From contig CANPVV010000001.1 of assembly GCA_947581835.1 (NCBI GenBank), positions 9,685 through 73,684 of the forward strand: a stretch of DNA of 64,000 nucleotides, written 5' to 3'. Below, in pieces: positions 8,620 to 19,133 of this stretch (position 1 is its first letter; every line of letters begins with the position of its first letter). The notes beneath the pieces were generated by a model that saw only the letters and a list, made by a program, of their open reading frames with translations, searched no databases and was not told the DNA's origin. A program made the translations under genes and the position numbers. The DNA comes from an uncultured Bacilli bacterium. Its GTDB lineage: Bacteria; Bacillota_I; Bacilli_A; RF39; UBA660.

Positions 8620-11600
8620 TTAAGCTCTCTTTATATCTATATTAACAACATGACCATTTATATCCATCTCATTACTAATCTCTGATTTTTCATTAATCTC
8701 TATTGCTAATACCTCATTCATAACATAATCTCTAAACTCTTTAAGCATCTCTTTAATATCATCATCTCCATTATAATCAATAATAATTCTATCACTTACA
8801 TTAAATGATGCATTCTTTCGCATATTTTGAACTTTAGAAACAAATTCTCTTGCTAATCCTTCTAAAATCAATTCTTTAGTAAGTAAAGTATTTAAAATAA
8901 TAAAATTATTATCTTCCATACCTACATTAAATCCTTCTTTAGCATTTATTCTAATATCTACCATCTCTTTAGTTATTTCATATTCTTGCTTATCAATATC
9001 CATTTTAATAGTCATATTATTATTTAATTTAGCAATTTCTTCACTATTAAGCTCTTCTAACTTTGCTGCAAAATCTTTAATCTTTGGTCCAAATATTTTT
9101 CCTACTACTTTAAAATTTGGTTTAACTAAGAAATTCATATAAGTACTTAAATCATCTACAAAAACTATTTCCTTAACATTTAATTCTTCTTTAATTAAAC
9201 TTGCTAAATCACTTAATACTTCCTTATTTTTTCCATCAATTAAAGCCTCGCTAAGTGGTTGTCTAACCTTTATTTTAGCCTCTTCTCTAATCATTCTTCC
9301 AACACTTATTAAAGACCTTACTAAATCCATTTTATTTTCTATTGCATCATTTATTAATTCTTCTCTAACCTCTGGATAATTCTCTAAATGAACAGATTCT
9401 AAACCTGTTAAATTTCGATATATTTCTTCGCTTAAAAAAGGAATAATTGGTGCACATAATTTTGCTAAACCTACTAATACCTCATAAGTAGTTATATAAA
9501 CTGCTTTTTTAGATAAATTAAATTCACTTCCCCAAAAACGATTTCTATTTCTTCTAATATACCAATTAGATAAATCATCAGAAACAAAACTAGTTAACAG
9601 TCTTACTACTTTATTTAAATCATATTCTTCAAAACCATTTGTTACATTTTTAACTAAATTATTATATTTAGATAATAACCATTTATCTATTTCTTCTCTT
9701 TTCTCATAATCAACTTGACATAAATCTATATCAATTTCATCCACATTCGCATACATAACAAAGAAACTATAAGCATTACGAAGAGGATTAAAAAATTTAG
9801 AATAAACCTCTTTTAAACCTTCTATATCAAACTTTAAAGGTGTCCAAACTGGTGAAACATAAGGAAGATAAAATCTTACTGTATCTGCTCCATACTCTTT
9901 AATAGTAGTAAATGGTTCTACAATATTTCCTCTACTCTTACTCATCTTTTTACCTTCATGATCTAAAAGTAAATCATTAACTAAAACATTTTTAAAAGGA
10001 CTACAACCTTTAACAAATACTGATATAACCATTAAAGTATAAAACCAACCTCTTGTCTGATCTATTCCTTCACATATAAAATCTGCTGGGAATTGGGTTT
10101 CAAATAAATCTTGATTTTCAAATGGATAATGATACTGAGCAAAAGGCATTGAACCTGAATCAAACCAACAATCTAAAACATCTGGTATTCTCTTCATTTC
10201 TTTTCCACATTTAGGACATTTTAAATAAACATTATCAATATATGGTTTATGTAAATCTAAATCAATTGGTAATTCTTCTACTGCCATCTCTCTTAATTCT
10301 TGAATACTACCAACCATATGAGTATAACCACATTCACACTTAAAATAAGGAATTGGACTACCCCAATAACGACTTCGAGAAATATTCCAATCTTTCGCAT
10401 TAGCTATCCAATTAGCAAATCTCTTTTCTCCTACATAAGCTGGATACCAATTTACCTTTTTATTAGCATCCACCATTTTATCTCTAAATGCACTTACTCT
10501 TATATAATAACTAGGCATAGAATAATATATAAGTGGAGTATGGCATCTCCAACAATGAGGATAATCATGCATAATCTTTTGTTTTTTAAATAACTTATCA
10601 TTTTCTTTTAAGTAATTTACGACGTCATTATTAGCATCAAAAACAAATTTACCTTCCCAAGGTCCTACATTATAACAACCATCTTTACCTACAGGATTTA
10701 ATAAAGGTAAATCATATTTTTTAGCTGCCTCAGCATCTTCCTCCCCAAAAGCCGGAGCAATATGCACAATTCCTGTTCCATCTTCCATCGTAACATATTC
10801 ATCACATATTACATAAAAAGCTTTCTTATCCGGTTTTATTTCGGGAATTAATTGTTCATATTCTGTATACTCTAATTCTTTTCCTTTAAAAGTTTCTAAA
10901 ATTGTTGCTTCTTCTCCTAAAACTGTTGCAACCAAAGAAGATGCTAAAATAAACTTTGTACCCTTAGACATAACTAAAGCATAATCTTCATTTGGATTAA
11001 CACATAAACCTACATTAGCAAGTAGTGTCCAAGGTGTTGTTGTCCAAACTAAAAAATAAATATCTTCATCTTTCTTTTTAAATGGTACATATACTGTTGT
11101 AACAGATTCATTAACATATTCTTGAGCTACCTCATGCGTTGCTAAACCTGTTCCACAATGAGGACAATAAGGTACTACTCTTGTTCCTTCATAAAACATA
11201 TCTTCTTGAAAAAACTTCTTTAAAATCCACCATTCTGTTTCTATATATTCATTTTTATAAGTTAAATAAGGATTTTCAACATCTATAAATTGTCCCATTT
11301 TACTTGTTAAATCAGTAAAAGCCTCTTCATTTTCTCTAACACTTTTCCGACACTCATAATTAAACTTATCTATTCCTAAAGCTTCTATCTCTTTTTTAGA
11401 AGAAATACCTAACTTCTTTTCTACATGATTTTCAATTGGTAATCCATGAGTATCCCATCCTACTTTTCTTGTTACTTTATAACCTTTCATAACTTTATAT
11501 TTACAAAAAGCATCTTTTAAATTTTTAGCTACCATATGATGAAGTCCTGGAAAACCATTAGCAAATGCTGGTCCATCATAAAATACAAATCTCTTATTAT

Positions 11601-11715
11601 CGCATCTATTTTCAATTTGTCTTTTATTAATTGTATTTATTCCTCCCCAAGACTCTAAAATATCGGCCTCTACCTCTGGATAAGGTCTTTTATCAAGTTC
11701 TTTAAAATTTTTCAT
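8620..11715 (-). CDS. ileS: Isoleucine--tRNA ligase (long, type-2-like form, 1031 aa)
   Basis: HIGH-region variant PGLHHMVAKN, KMSKS, a CP1 editing domain and a C-terminal Zn-less extension. A T-box leader lies upstream. Confidence 0.95.
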   Translation of the reverse strand: MKNFKELDKRPYPEVEADILESWGGINTINKRQIENRCDNKRFVFYDGPAFANGFPGLHHMVAKNLKDAFCKYKVMKGYKVTRKVGWDTHGLPIENHVEKKLGISSKKEIEALGIDKFNYECRKSVRENEEAFTDLTSKMGQFIDVENPYLTYKNEYIETEWWILKKFFQEDMFYEGTRVVPYCPHCGTGLATHEVAQEYVNESVTTVYVPFKKKDEDIYFLVWTTTPWTLLANVGLCVNPNEDYALVMSKGTKFILASSLVATVLGEEATILETFKGKELEYTEYEQLIPEIKPDKKAFYVICDEYVTMEDGTGIVHIAPAFGEEDAEAAKKYDLPLLNPVGKDGCYNVGPWEGKFVFDANNDVVNYLKENDKLFKKQKIMHDYPHCWRCHTPLIYYSMPSYYIRVSAFRDKMVDANKKVNWYPAYVGEKRFANWIANAKDWNISRSRYWGSPIPYFKCECGYTHMVGSIQELREMAVEELPIDLDLHKPYIDNVYLKCPKCGKEMKRIPDVLDCWFDSGSMPFAQYHYPFENQDLFETQFPADFICEGIDQTRGWFYTLMVISVFVKGCSPFKNVLVNDLLLDHEGKKMSKSRGNIVEPFTTIKEYGADTVRFYLPYVSPVWTPLKFDIEGLKEVYSKFFNPLRNAYSFFVMYANVDEIDIDLCQVDYEKREEIDKWLLSKYNNLVKNVTNGFEEYDLNKVVRLLTSFVSDDLSNWYIRRNRNRFWGSEFNLSKKAVYITTYEVLVGLAKLCAPIIPFLSEEIYRNLTGLESVHLENYPEVREELINDAIENKMDLVRSLISVGRMIREEAKIKVRQPLSEALIDGKNKEVLSDLASLIKEELNVKEIVFVDDLSTYMNFLVKPNFKVVGKIFGPKIKDFAAKLEELNSEEIAKLNNNMTIKMDIDKQEYEITKEMVDIRINAKEGFNVGMEDNNFIILNTLLTKELILEGLAREFVSKVQNMRKNASFNVSDRIIIDYNGDDDIKEMLKEFRDYVMNEVLAIEINEKSEISNEMDINGHVVNIDIKRA

Positions 11716-11747
11716 ATAATCAATTCCTTTCTTAATTTTAAATACTT

Positions 11748-11930
11748 AAATATAAAAAAGGTGTATACCAAAGGGCGAATAAATCGCGGTACCACCTTAA
11801 TTTCTAACTTTAACTCTTAACGCGAGCTACGTAATATTCTACTTAATTTCAAACATTAAACTCCCAAGCGATATCTTAAAAGCATCTTTATTAACTTCCA
11901 CCAACCGTTAACTCTCTTTAAAAGAATTTC
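11748..11930 (-). ncRNA. T-box leader (Ile) of ileS
   Basis: The minus strand carries the T-box core GGTGGTACCGCG (11796-11785), overlapping a terminator that ends in TTTTTTATATTT. An AUC-containing bulge (AGATATCGCTTGGGAG) lies further upstream. The boundaries are approximate. Confidence 0.8.
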
Positions 11931-11932
11931 TT

Positions 11933-12202
11933 TTAAGCAACTTGTTCATTGTCTTTACTTTCATTTAAATAATTATTAGTAAATAAAGAAACTAATACTT
12001 TTAACAAAGTTTCATCTTTAACTTCTTCTACACTTACCTCTTCATTATCTAAAAACACTTTAAAATACTTATATTCATCTGTCGGTATTTCTTCTTCATC
12101 TATTCTAACTGTATATATATACTTATTATTACTAAAGTCTGTTATATCTAATATCAAATATTCTTTATTATCCCCAAAAGTTATAACATCATTTACATCC
12201 AT
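11933..12202 (-). CDS. DUF1292-family small acidic protein
   Basis: At 89 aa, the ITF.D..G.E..Y.IL................DEE pattern is typical of DUF1292. The ATG overlaps the TAA of the upstream gene (TAATG). Confidence 0.65.
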   Translation of the reverse strand: MDVNDVITFGDNKEYLILDITDFSNNKYIYTVRIDEEEIPTDEYKYFKVFLDNEEVSVEEVKDETLLKVLVSLFTNNYLNESKDNEQVA

Positions 12203-15200
12203 TATAAGCTCCTTCCCCTTCTTATTTCACTATAATTTTTCTGTAATCTATCTAAATCTTTTTTAACTTGATAAGCATCAAAATTATTTGTCTTACTATC
12301 AAATAATGTTTGTAATTCAACTATTTTATCTTCCATTTTATTTATTAATTCATCTTTATCTAAACCATCAGGCACAATACCATCTAAATAATTATCTGAT
12401 AGTGCAATTAACATTTCAGTTGAATCACTTGCAAGTATTTCATCGTCTTCTTCTCCCACTGTCCCAAACAAGTCTTTATTCTGTGCTGTAAACTCTTGAA
12501 CTCGCTTCGCAATACGTGCTTGGGTATCTTTATCATCCGCTATAATTCTATCATTTTCTTCATCTTGTGCAAATGGGTCTCCAATATCATGAATTTCTTC
12601 ATAAGGAGCATCAAATACCTGACTACCAGCCTTAAGAGGAAAAGAACTCTTTATTTTATCACTTACTACTTGACTTAAATCTTCAATTTCTGTCTTAATA
12701 TTATATACTTTATTTCTAAGTGTTTTTGATATCCCAAAAATAGTATCTTTTACTTTAGCTTTCTGTTCTTTAAGACGATAAGCTCCATCTTTTTTCTCTA
12801 AATCATATTTTTTATTAAGTTTACTTACAGTTGCAAATCCACCTTCAATTGCCACTAAAGCTCCAACACAAGTAAGTGTTGCTGTGGTTGCTTTTGTAGC
12901 TGCGGCACTTGCATTAATAATTTCTCCCGTGCTACTTAACCATGCACCATTTACAAAACTAATATTATTAACTCCGGCGATAACATTACTTAAAGTATTA
13001 AACAATCCTGCAAGTCCTGGAAAAGCCATCGCATTACAACTATTAGCAAATATCAAAACCTCAGGTAAAGACGTAATCATTAAAGTTGAAACAACTCCCA
13101 CCAAGCCCATTGCAATTAAAAGTTTTCTATGTTCTTTAATATATTCTTTAGCTTTCAAATTTTTAAGTTTTCGAACTGTTACTTTAAATCTATTATCATT
13201 ACCTTTAATAGGCTCTTCTGGTTCATCAATTATAATAGGCTCTGCTAAAGCCAAAGATTCATTTGGAGCCACTCTTTTATTTCCATCATCTCTTAAAATA
13301 GCATCTACAACTGGCTCTTTATTACTTTCGTTTATTGAATCATTATTAACTGCTGGTGCTTCTACCTCTTCAATTACCAGTTTTTCTTGAGCTTTCTTAT
13401 CAAATTCATCTTTTTTTAACTCTAAATTTTTCTTAATCTCTAAGATGCCTTCCTCTATCCTTTTATAATCTTCTATATAATCTGCCCCTAAATAAATATC
13501 ATTATATGCTACTGGTTCAATTCCATTATTAACTGTTTTTTCAATAAAGCTTCCGAGTAATATCAAATTATTTTTATAATCACTAAGTAAACCAGAAACT
13601 ACCTCATAAAATTCCTTATTATTTAAGGCTAAATCGGCGACTACTTTATCAAAATGTTCGCATCTTCTCTTATTTTCTTCTAATTTCTCTTTATCTGTTT
13701 TAACCCATAAAGCCTCTTCTAATAAAGGTATTGGAATAACACTTCCCTCTAAACTAATACTTTTATTTTCTTCTTGAGGTTCACTAACTTTATCTTGAAA
13801 CCCAATATCAATATTATCATTTATATCTTGAGGCGTATTATCAACATTTTTATTTATATTTTCACTATCATTACTTTTACTATCCAAACTTATACTTTCT
13901 TCTACCTTTATCTCTTTCTCTTTTCTAAGTTCTTCCAATTCTCTTAAAGTCTCTAAATATTTATCAACATAAACACTTTCAATCTTAACTCCCGCTACTT
14001 CTTTTAAATCATCACTAGTTTTAGCATGATCTAAATAACTAAGTAAAACATTCATTAAATTAAATTCTTTTAAATCTTCTTCTAAAACATAAGTATTTTT
14101 GGCTAACCTTCCATCTTTAGTTTCTCTTGCTTTAATCATTAAATTTTTTAAATCTTCTTTAATTTCTTTTATTTTAACTTCATTCGCATCAATCTTTGGT
14201 ACTTCTGCCTCAAAATATTTAGTCGCATTAACTAATTCTTTAAATTTAGTTATATTATCTACACTTACATTGGCAATATTCCAAACATTAACCATATTAT
14301 TACTTGGTTCTTTAAGTATCTTCATTATTTCAATAATTCGATTAGCTTCCAAAATATCTTCTTCTAAAACAATCCAATTCTTATCTTCTATCTTTAAGGT
14401 CATAACTATTCTTGGATTACGTCCCCCAGTATCTTGACTAATCTTTTGCCCTAATTTATCTAAATAAGCCTCTAAATCACTAATCAAGCTATTAAGTTCT
14501 TCTTCAGGATTATTAAATACATTTTCTCTTTTTTCTTCTTGAGGCATTTCTTTTTCTAATCTATTAAATACCTGAGTTTTACTTAAATAATTTCTAAACT
14601 CTTTCTCATCACTAGCATTTATACATAAAAAATCATCTAATACTACCACATTTTCTTTATGTACTTTTCCTAACAATTCTTTTAAATTAAATAAACTATC
14701 ATATTCTTCTTTATCTTTTGCTAAAATTGCTCTTCCATCTAAACCAAAATCAATCTTTGTTCCATATTTAGTCGCATGATAATCCTCTAAAAGTCTTTCC
14801 ATTTCGGCATCTATAAACTTTTCAGCTCTCTTATTTATTATCTCGACTAAACTACCTATTTTCTCATCAATTGCTTCTTTATCTTCTAAAAGAGAATTTA
14901 TTTCTTTATTTATTCTATCTAAAATAGACTTTTGCTCTAAAGTATTTCCTAAAGTTAAAGCTCTTTGTAAATCTTTAACTAACAAATTATAACTTTTATC
15001 TATCGCATTAGTATTTCCCATTAATGCTTTAAGTCTTTTTATATCTTCTTCACTAGCTTTTATAACGTCATAACTCTTAGATTCATAATACTCTCTATCT
15101 TCTAATTCTGCTTCTTTACTCAAAGTATTATAAACCTCTGTTATATAATCCATATCTTTTGTAACTAAGACATTATTTAAATGTTCAAAATAAATATAAG

Positions 15201-15339
15201 CTAAAGCTTGGAATTCTTGTTCTCTTCCCTTTTTAACCATTATCTTTGTATTAAATACGGGTTCTAAATCTTTTTCATCTAAGTTTTTAGCCTCTTTAAT
15301 AATCTCTAAAAGTGTTGTTTTTATTAAATCATAGTTCAT
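12202..15339 (-). CDS. Large (about 1045 aa) coiled-coil membrane protein of unknown function
   Basis: Long uninterrupted ORF. The preferred start is ATG 15339 (MNYDLIK), preceded by GAAAGAGGG. The ORF-track start at 15390 has no RBS. A block of hydrophobic segments lies around residues 755-860. I recognise no catalytic motif. Confidence 0.8.
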   Translation of the reverse strand: MNYDLIKTTLLEIIKEAKNLDEKDLEPVFNTKIMVKKGREQEFQALAYIYFEHLNNVLVTKDMDYITEVYNTLSKEAELEDREYYESKSYDVIKASEEDIKRLKALMGNTNAIDKSYNLLVKDLQRALTLGNTLEQKSILDRINKEINSLLEDKEAIDEKIGSLVEIINKRAEKFIDAEMERLLEDYHATKYGTKIDFGLDGRAILAKDKEEYDSLFNLKELLGKVHKENVVVLDDFLCINASDEKEFRNYLSKTQVFNRLEKEMPQEEKRENVFNNPEEELNSLISDLEAYLDKLGQKISQDTGGRNPRIVMTLKIEDKNWIVLEEDILEANRIIEIMKILKEPSNNMVNVWNIANVSVDNITKFKELVNATKYFEAEVPKIDANEVKIKEIKEDLKNLMIKARETKDGRLAKNTYVLEEDLKEFNLMNVLLSYLDHAKTSDDLKEVAGVKIESVYVDKYLETLRELEELRKEKEIKVEESISLDSKSNDSENINKNVDNTPQDINDNIDIGFQDKVSEPQEENKSISLEGSVIPIPLLEEALWVKTDKEKLEENKRRCEHFDKVVADLALNNKEFYEVVSGLLSDYKNNLILLGSFIEKTVNNGIEPVAYNDIYLGADYIEDYKRIEEGILEIKKNLELKKDEFDKKAQEKLVIEEVEAPAVNNDSINESNKEPVVDAILRDDGNKRVAPNESLALAEPIIIDEPEEPIKGNDNRFKVTVRKLKNLKAKEYIKEHRKLLIAMGLVGVVSTLMITSLPEVLIFANSCNAMAFPGLAGLFNTLSNVIAGVNNISFVNGAWLSSTGEIINASAAATKATTATLTCVGALVAIEGGFATVSKLNKKYDLEKKDGAYRLKEQKAKVKDTIFGISKTLRNKVYNIKTEIEDLSQVVSDKIKSSFPLKAGSQVFDAPYEEIHDIGDPFAQDEENDRIIADDKDTQARIAKRVQEFTAQNKDLFGTVGEEDDEILASDSTEMLIALSDNYLDGIVPDGLDKDELINKMEDKIVELQTLFDSKTNNFDAYQVKKDLDRLQKNYSEIRRGRSL

Positions 15340-15500
15340 AAAACAGCCCTCTTTCACACCTAAAAATATAATTCTTAAATATTGTAACACACTTTTATGA
15401 ATTTTACAATTTAAAATACTTGTAAAATAAATTAATTTAGAGCTACTAATAAAGACAAAAATATGGTATTATTATAATATATAGATAGAAAGAGGTTAAT

Positions 15501-16856
15501 ATGAATCCAAATATATTTAGAGAATATGATATCCGAGGAGTTTATCCTGAAACAATCAATGAAACTGTAGCTTACACGATTGGTCGAAGTTATGGTAGTT
15601 ATTTAAGAGAAAAGCTTAATCAAACAACATGTATAGTATCTCATGATAATCGTCTTTCTAGCCCTTCTCTAGCTGCCTATCTAACCAAAGGTATTACCGA
15701 TAGTGGTCTAAATGTCTACAATTATGGCTTAACTACCACTCCTATGCATTACTATGCGAGATACATTCATAATATTTATGGTATTATGATTACCGCCTCT
15801 CATAACCCCAAAGATGACAATGGCTTTAAGTTTTCTTTTGATAATTTAGCCAATGCCAGAGGCGATATGATTACTGATTTTAAAAACTATACTTTCGCGG
15901 GTAAATTCTTAACTGGAAATGGTACTGTCTCAAGTGGTAATATTACTGATAAATATGTCGAATTTATTAGATATGGTCTTGAATTTGGTCGTCGTAAAAG
16001 AAAAGTCGTAATTGATCTTGGAAATGGTACTACCTCAATTGTTGCTCGTAAGGTTTTTGAAAAAATAAATGTTGATTTTGAAATTCTTTATGAAGAAAGT
16101 GATGGTAGATTTCCAAATCACCACCCTGACCCAAGTGTTGAAGCTAATCTTGAAGCTTTAAAAAAACAAGTTTTAAAATCTAAAGCCGACTGTGGTATTG
16201 CTTTTGATGGTGATGGTGATAGATTAGGAATAGTTGATGACCAAGGTCATGTTGTACCAAGTGATCATTTCATGATTTTAATTATTCGTAATATTATCAA
16301 TAATGTTAAAAATAAAACTTTCCTTTATGACGTTAAATGTAGTAAAGCTGTTGAAGATGAAATAAAACGTCTAGGTGGTACTCCTCTTTGCTACCGTACT
16401 GGAGCTAGTTTTACCCAAGCTAAAGTAAAAGAAGATGATCTTCCTTTTGGTGGCGAATATTCTGGCCATTTCTATTTTCGTGATAAAGTTGCCGACGTTG
16501 GCAGTGGTATCTATGCTGGTTTAAGACTTTTAGAAATTCTTAGTAAAACCCCTGCTTCCTTAAGTAAATTATTAAGTGATATTCCCAAATATTATAGTAC
16601 TGCTGAAATTAAATTCCCTGCAAAAGACGAAACTAAATTTGACGTTGTAAAACAAATAATTGAATTTTGTGAAACTAAAAAATGGGTTTTAAACACAATT
16701 GATGGTGTTCGAGTAAACTTCAATAATGGTTGGGCTTTAGTAAGAGCTAGTAATACTGGTCCTAATATTATTATGAGATGCGAGGCTACAACCGAAGAAG
16801 GCTTAGAAAACTTAAAAACTATTTTCACTAATATAATTCATGCTTTTAACAAATAA
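15501..16856 (+). CDS. Alpha-D-phosphohexomutase (phosphomannomutase/phosphoglucomutase/GlmM-like)
   Basis: Active-site TASHNP, Mg site FDGDGDR and sugar loop GGEYSGH. Confidence 0.85.
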   Translation: MNPNIFREYDIRGVYPETINETVAYTIGRSYGSYLREKLNQTTCIVSHDNRLSSPSLAAYLTKGITDSGLNVYNYGLTTTPMHYYARYIHNIYGIMITASHNPKDDNGFKFSFDNLANARGDMITDFKNYTFAGKFLTGNGTVSSGNITDKYVEFIRYGLEFGRRKRKVVIDLGNGTTSIVARKVFEKINVDFEILYEESDGRFPNHHPDPSVEANLEALKKQVLKSKADCGIAFDGDGDRLGIVDDQGHVVPSDHFMILIIRNIINNVKNKTFLYDVKCSKAVEDEIKRLGGTPLCYRTGASFTQAKVKEDDLPFGGEYSGHFYFRDKVADVGSGIYAGLRLLEILSKTPASLSKLLSDIPKYYSTAEIKFPAKDETKFDVVKQIIEFCETKKWVLNTIDGVRVNFNNGWALVRASNTGPNIIMRCEATTEEGLENLKTIFTNIIHAFNK

Positions 16857-16946
16857 TTAACTAACAATCCAGTTAGTTTTTTATTTATTAAAATTTAATG
16901 TTTAAAATAATATCTTTAACCCATACTACTAACTAGGAGGAAATTT

Positions 16947-17138
16947 ATGACACAAAAAGATTTACTTTACATGGAAGATGGTATCAATCATGAAGCTAAT
17001 TTAGTTAGTATTTGTGAATATTATCTTGAAATAGCTGAAGATTCAAATCTCAAAAGTTTTATTAAAGCTCAAATTAAAAAACATTTAAACTTAAAAAACA
17101 AAATCTTAAAAACAATGGAGGATGTATCTAATGAATGA
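16947..17138 (+). CDS. Small protein, probable partner of the CotF-like spore coat protein
   Basis: RBS AGGAGG. The 63-aa ORF overlaps the next ORF by 17 nt. The function is assigned only by association. Confidence 0.5.
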   Translation: MTQKDLLYMEDGINHEANLVSICEYYLEIAEDSNLKSFIKAQIKKHLNLKNKILKTMEDVSNE

Positions 17139-17376
17139 TAAAACAATTCTTGAAAGTATTTTATTACTACTTAAAAGCACTATCGAAGTCTATGTTCATG
17201 GAACTTTAGAAAGTTCTAATAAAACTATTCAAAATACTTTAAAAAACTGTTTAGATGAAACTATAAAAATGCAATTTGAGACTTTTAATAAAATGAACGA
17301 TTATGGTTATTATAAAATAACTAATCTTGATAATAAAACCATTATTCAAACTCTTCGTAAATTAGAAAGTAAATAA
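17122..17376 (+). CDS. Spore coat protein, Coat F domain-like
   Basis: MNDKTILESILLLLKSTIEVYVHGTLESSN..IQNTLKNCL.E....Q...FN.M...G.Y resembles the Coat_F domain pattern. Confidence 0.6.
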   Translation: MYLMNDKTILESILLLLKSTIEVYVHGTLESSNKTIQNTLKNCLDETIKMQFETFNKMNDYGYYKITNLDNKTIIQTLRKLESK

Positions 17377-17377
17377 T

Positions 17378-17406
17378 TAAAGCTCCTTTAACTTAAAGGA
17401 GCTTTA
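17378..17406. terminator. Bidirectional terminator hairpin
   Basis: A TAAAGCTCCTTT-AACTT-AAAGGAGCTTTA stem sits between convergent genes. Confidence 0.6.
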
Positions 17407-17649
17407 AAGCTTTTTAGAACAATCAACATTATACTTTTGATATAATTTATCTTTATATCTATTATTTAACTCTATACAAGTTTGAATTAAATCATTAGTT
17501 GAAATATTATCTAAATTTTTTAAATATAAACCAGATACACTACCCTCTAATCCTAATTTATAACCAATTATATTTTGAATAACATATTTCCTTAATAACT
17601 CTCTTTCTTTTTTAAGTTTCTCTAAATTCTCTTTCATATAATTCCTCAT
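17404..17649 (-). CDS. Hypothetical small protein (81 aa; may start at the internal MKENLEKL)
   Basis: ORF only. It overlaps the 3' end of the RluA-family gene, and I recognise no motif. Confidence 0.4.
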   Translation of the reverse strand: MRNYMKENLEKLKKERELLRKYVIQNIIGYKLGLEGSVSGLYLKNLDNISTNDLIQTCIELNNRYKDKLYQKYNVDCSKKL

Positions 17650-18286
17650 CTAAATATCTTCTAAATTCTTTAGGACACTTAGCAACAAATCGATACTTTT
17701 CCCCATGAATAATAATCTCTAAAACTGCTGCATGTAACCCCAACCTATTAATAGGATTACTCTTACTTTCATATTTTTTATCTCCAATTAAAGGATATCC
17801 TAAATCTTTAAGACCTACTCTTATTTGATTTTTTCTTCCTGTTATAATTTCAATTTTTAAAACTGTATTATTTTTAAGTCTATTTAAAACCTGATATCTA
17901 CTCTCGGCATAATCTCCTCTTTTATCATTTACTGCATAAACCAAATGTGTTTTAGTCTCTTTTAAATATTCTTTAATAACTCCTTTATCATTATTTATTA
18001 CTCCCTGAACTATCCCAACATAATATCTTTTAGATATATTCTGCCAATTATCTTGTAACTCTTTTTTTATTTTCTCATTTTTAGCGAAAAGAACAACTCC
18101 ACTTGTATCTTTATCTAATCTATGAACTATAAATACTTTATTACTTTTATGCTGCTTTTTAACATAACTAGATGCTTTACTATATAAAGTATTTGTAGTT
18201 TTCCCATCACTTATTGTAAGCATTTTCGCAGGTTTATTAACCACCAATATTTCTTTATTCTCAAATATAATATCTAACTTTTCCAC
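17612..18286 (-). CDS. RluA-family pseudouridine synthase
   Basis: HRLDKDTSG catalytic motif and a GRKNQIR motif. Confidence 0.85.
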   Translation of the reverse strand: MEKLDIIFENKEILVVNKPAKMLTISDGKTTNTLYSKASSYVKKQHKSNKVFIVHRLDKDTSGVVLFAKNEKIKKELQDNWQNISKRYYVGIVQGVINNDKGVIKEYLKETKTHLVYAVNDKRGDYAESRYQVLNRLKNNTVLKIEIITGRKNQIRVGLKDLGYPLIGDKKYESKSNPINRLGLHAAVLEIIIHGEKYRFVAKCPKEFRRYLDEELYEREFRET

Positions 18287-18290
18287 AAAA

Positions 18291-18998
18291 TCACTTCCTA
18301 AAACTTAATAAATATTCTTTTGTACTAGCATCTACTCTATAACTATCTCTAATCTTACTAATAGTTTTATTAATTGTAAACTTATCTAAATTATTATTCT
18401 TAAAATAATTCATAGTATTATTAGGATACTTAATAAAACACTCACATAACAACCATGCTTTAGCCATATTAATATAATATAAGTCACTCTTAATATTATC
18501 TACTCTTTTAAATATATAATCTAAATACTCTTCTAAAACATAATAATCCAATAATAAAACTAAAGCTAATCTAACTCTATATTCTTTATCAGTATCAATT
18601 AACTTATCAATAACTTTTATAAAATAATCTATATTATTATTTACTATCTTTAAACTACTACAAAAGGTATCACAAATAGCCCAATTATCTATTAAATCTA
18701 AATAATCATTAAAATAACTATTAAATAAATCTATATCTTTAATATAACTTATAACTAAACCTCTAATCATAACTAATTCATAATATCTATTATCTAAAAT
18801 ATTTAAAAATGTTTTATAATCCCCATTATATATTTCTTTAGCAATTCTTCTTAAAACTGGTATCTTAATACCTAACATATCATATTTAGTATTTATTATT
18901 TTTTTATTAAACTCTTGATATTTATTATCTTTAATCTCTATTAAATAATTAATAAACTTATCATAATCTTCATTCCAATTAATAATTTTTAAATCCAT
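18291..18998 (-). CDS. DNA alkylation repair protein (AlkD-like HEAT-repeat family)
   Basis: The length and the pattern ...GIKIPVLRRIAKEI...WAICDTFC... are typical of the DNA_alkylation family. Confidence 0.7.
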   Translation of the reverse strand: MDLKIINWNEDYDKFINYLIEIKDNKYQEFNKKIINTKYDMLGIKIPVLRRIAKEIYNGDYKTFLNILDNRYYELVMIRGLVISYIKDIDLFNSYFNDYLDLIDNWAICDTFCSSLKIVNNNIDYFIKVIDKLIDTDKEYRVRLALVLLLDYYVLEEYLDYIFKRVDNIKSDLYYINMAKAWLLCECFIKYPNNTMNYFKNNNLDKFTINKTISKIRDSYRVDASTKEYLLSFRK

Positions 18999-19025
18999 TT
19001 AATTCACCTATCTAAGTATAACATT

Positions 19026-19059
19026 AAAAAAAAATTGAGTAAAGAATAAAACTTTACTC
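19026..19059 (-). terminator. Rho-independent terminator of paralogue C
   Basis: On the minus strand a GAGTAAAG / CTTTACTC stem is followed by a T9 run. Another hairpin (CTTGCCCATAT...ATATGGGCAAG, 19095-19127) lies directly after the stop codon. Confidence 0.6.
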
Positions 19060-19133
19060 ATGTAATATATTAAAAGGCCGTAAAGGGTTGGCCTCTTGCC
19101 CATATATGATATAGCAATATGGGCAAGATTTTT

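Noticed and set aside
10300-10593. ORF-track ORFs lying antisense to, or out of frame within, long genes. Examples are 10300-10593 in ileS; 12288-12491, 12496-12678, 12884-13390 and 14099-14437 in the giant ORF; and 16592-16828, 20289-21069, 22276-22512, 34752-35105, 38497-38679, 45799-46005, 51821-52003, 52431-52631, 55313-55543, 59580-59783 and 60633-60884.
   Set aside because: Their translations are low-complexity and Leu/Ile/Phe/Ser-rich, with no RBS. They are fully embedded in genes with clear homology. Long spurious ORFs on the opposite strand are expected in AT-rich, codon-biased DNA.
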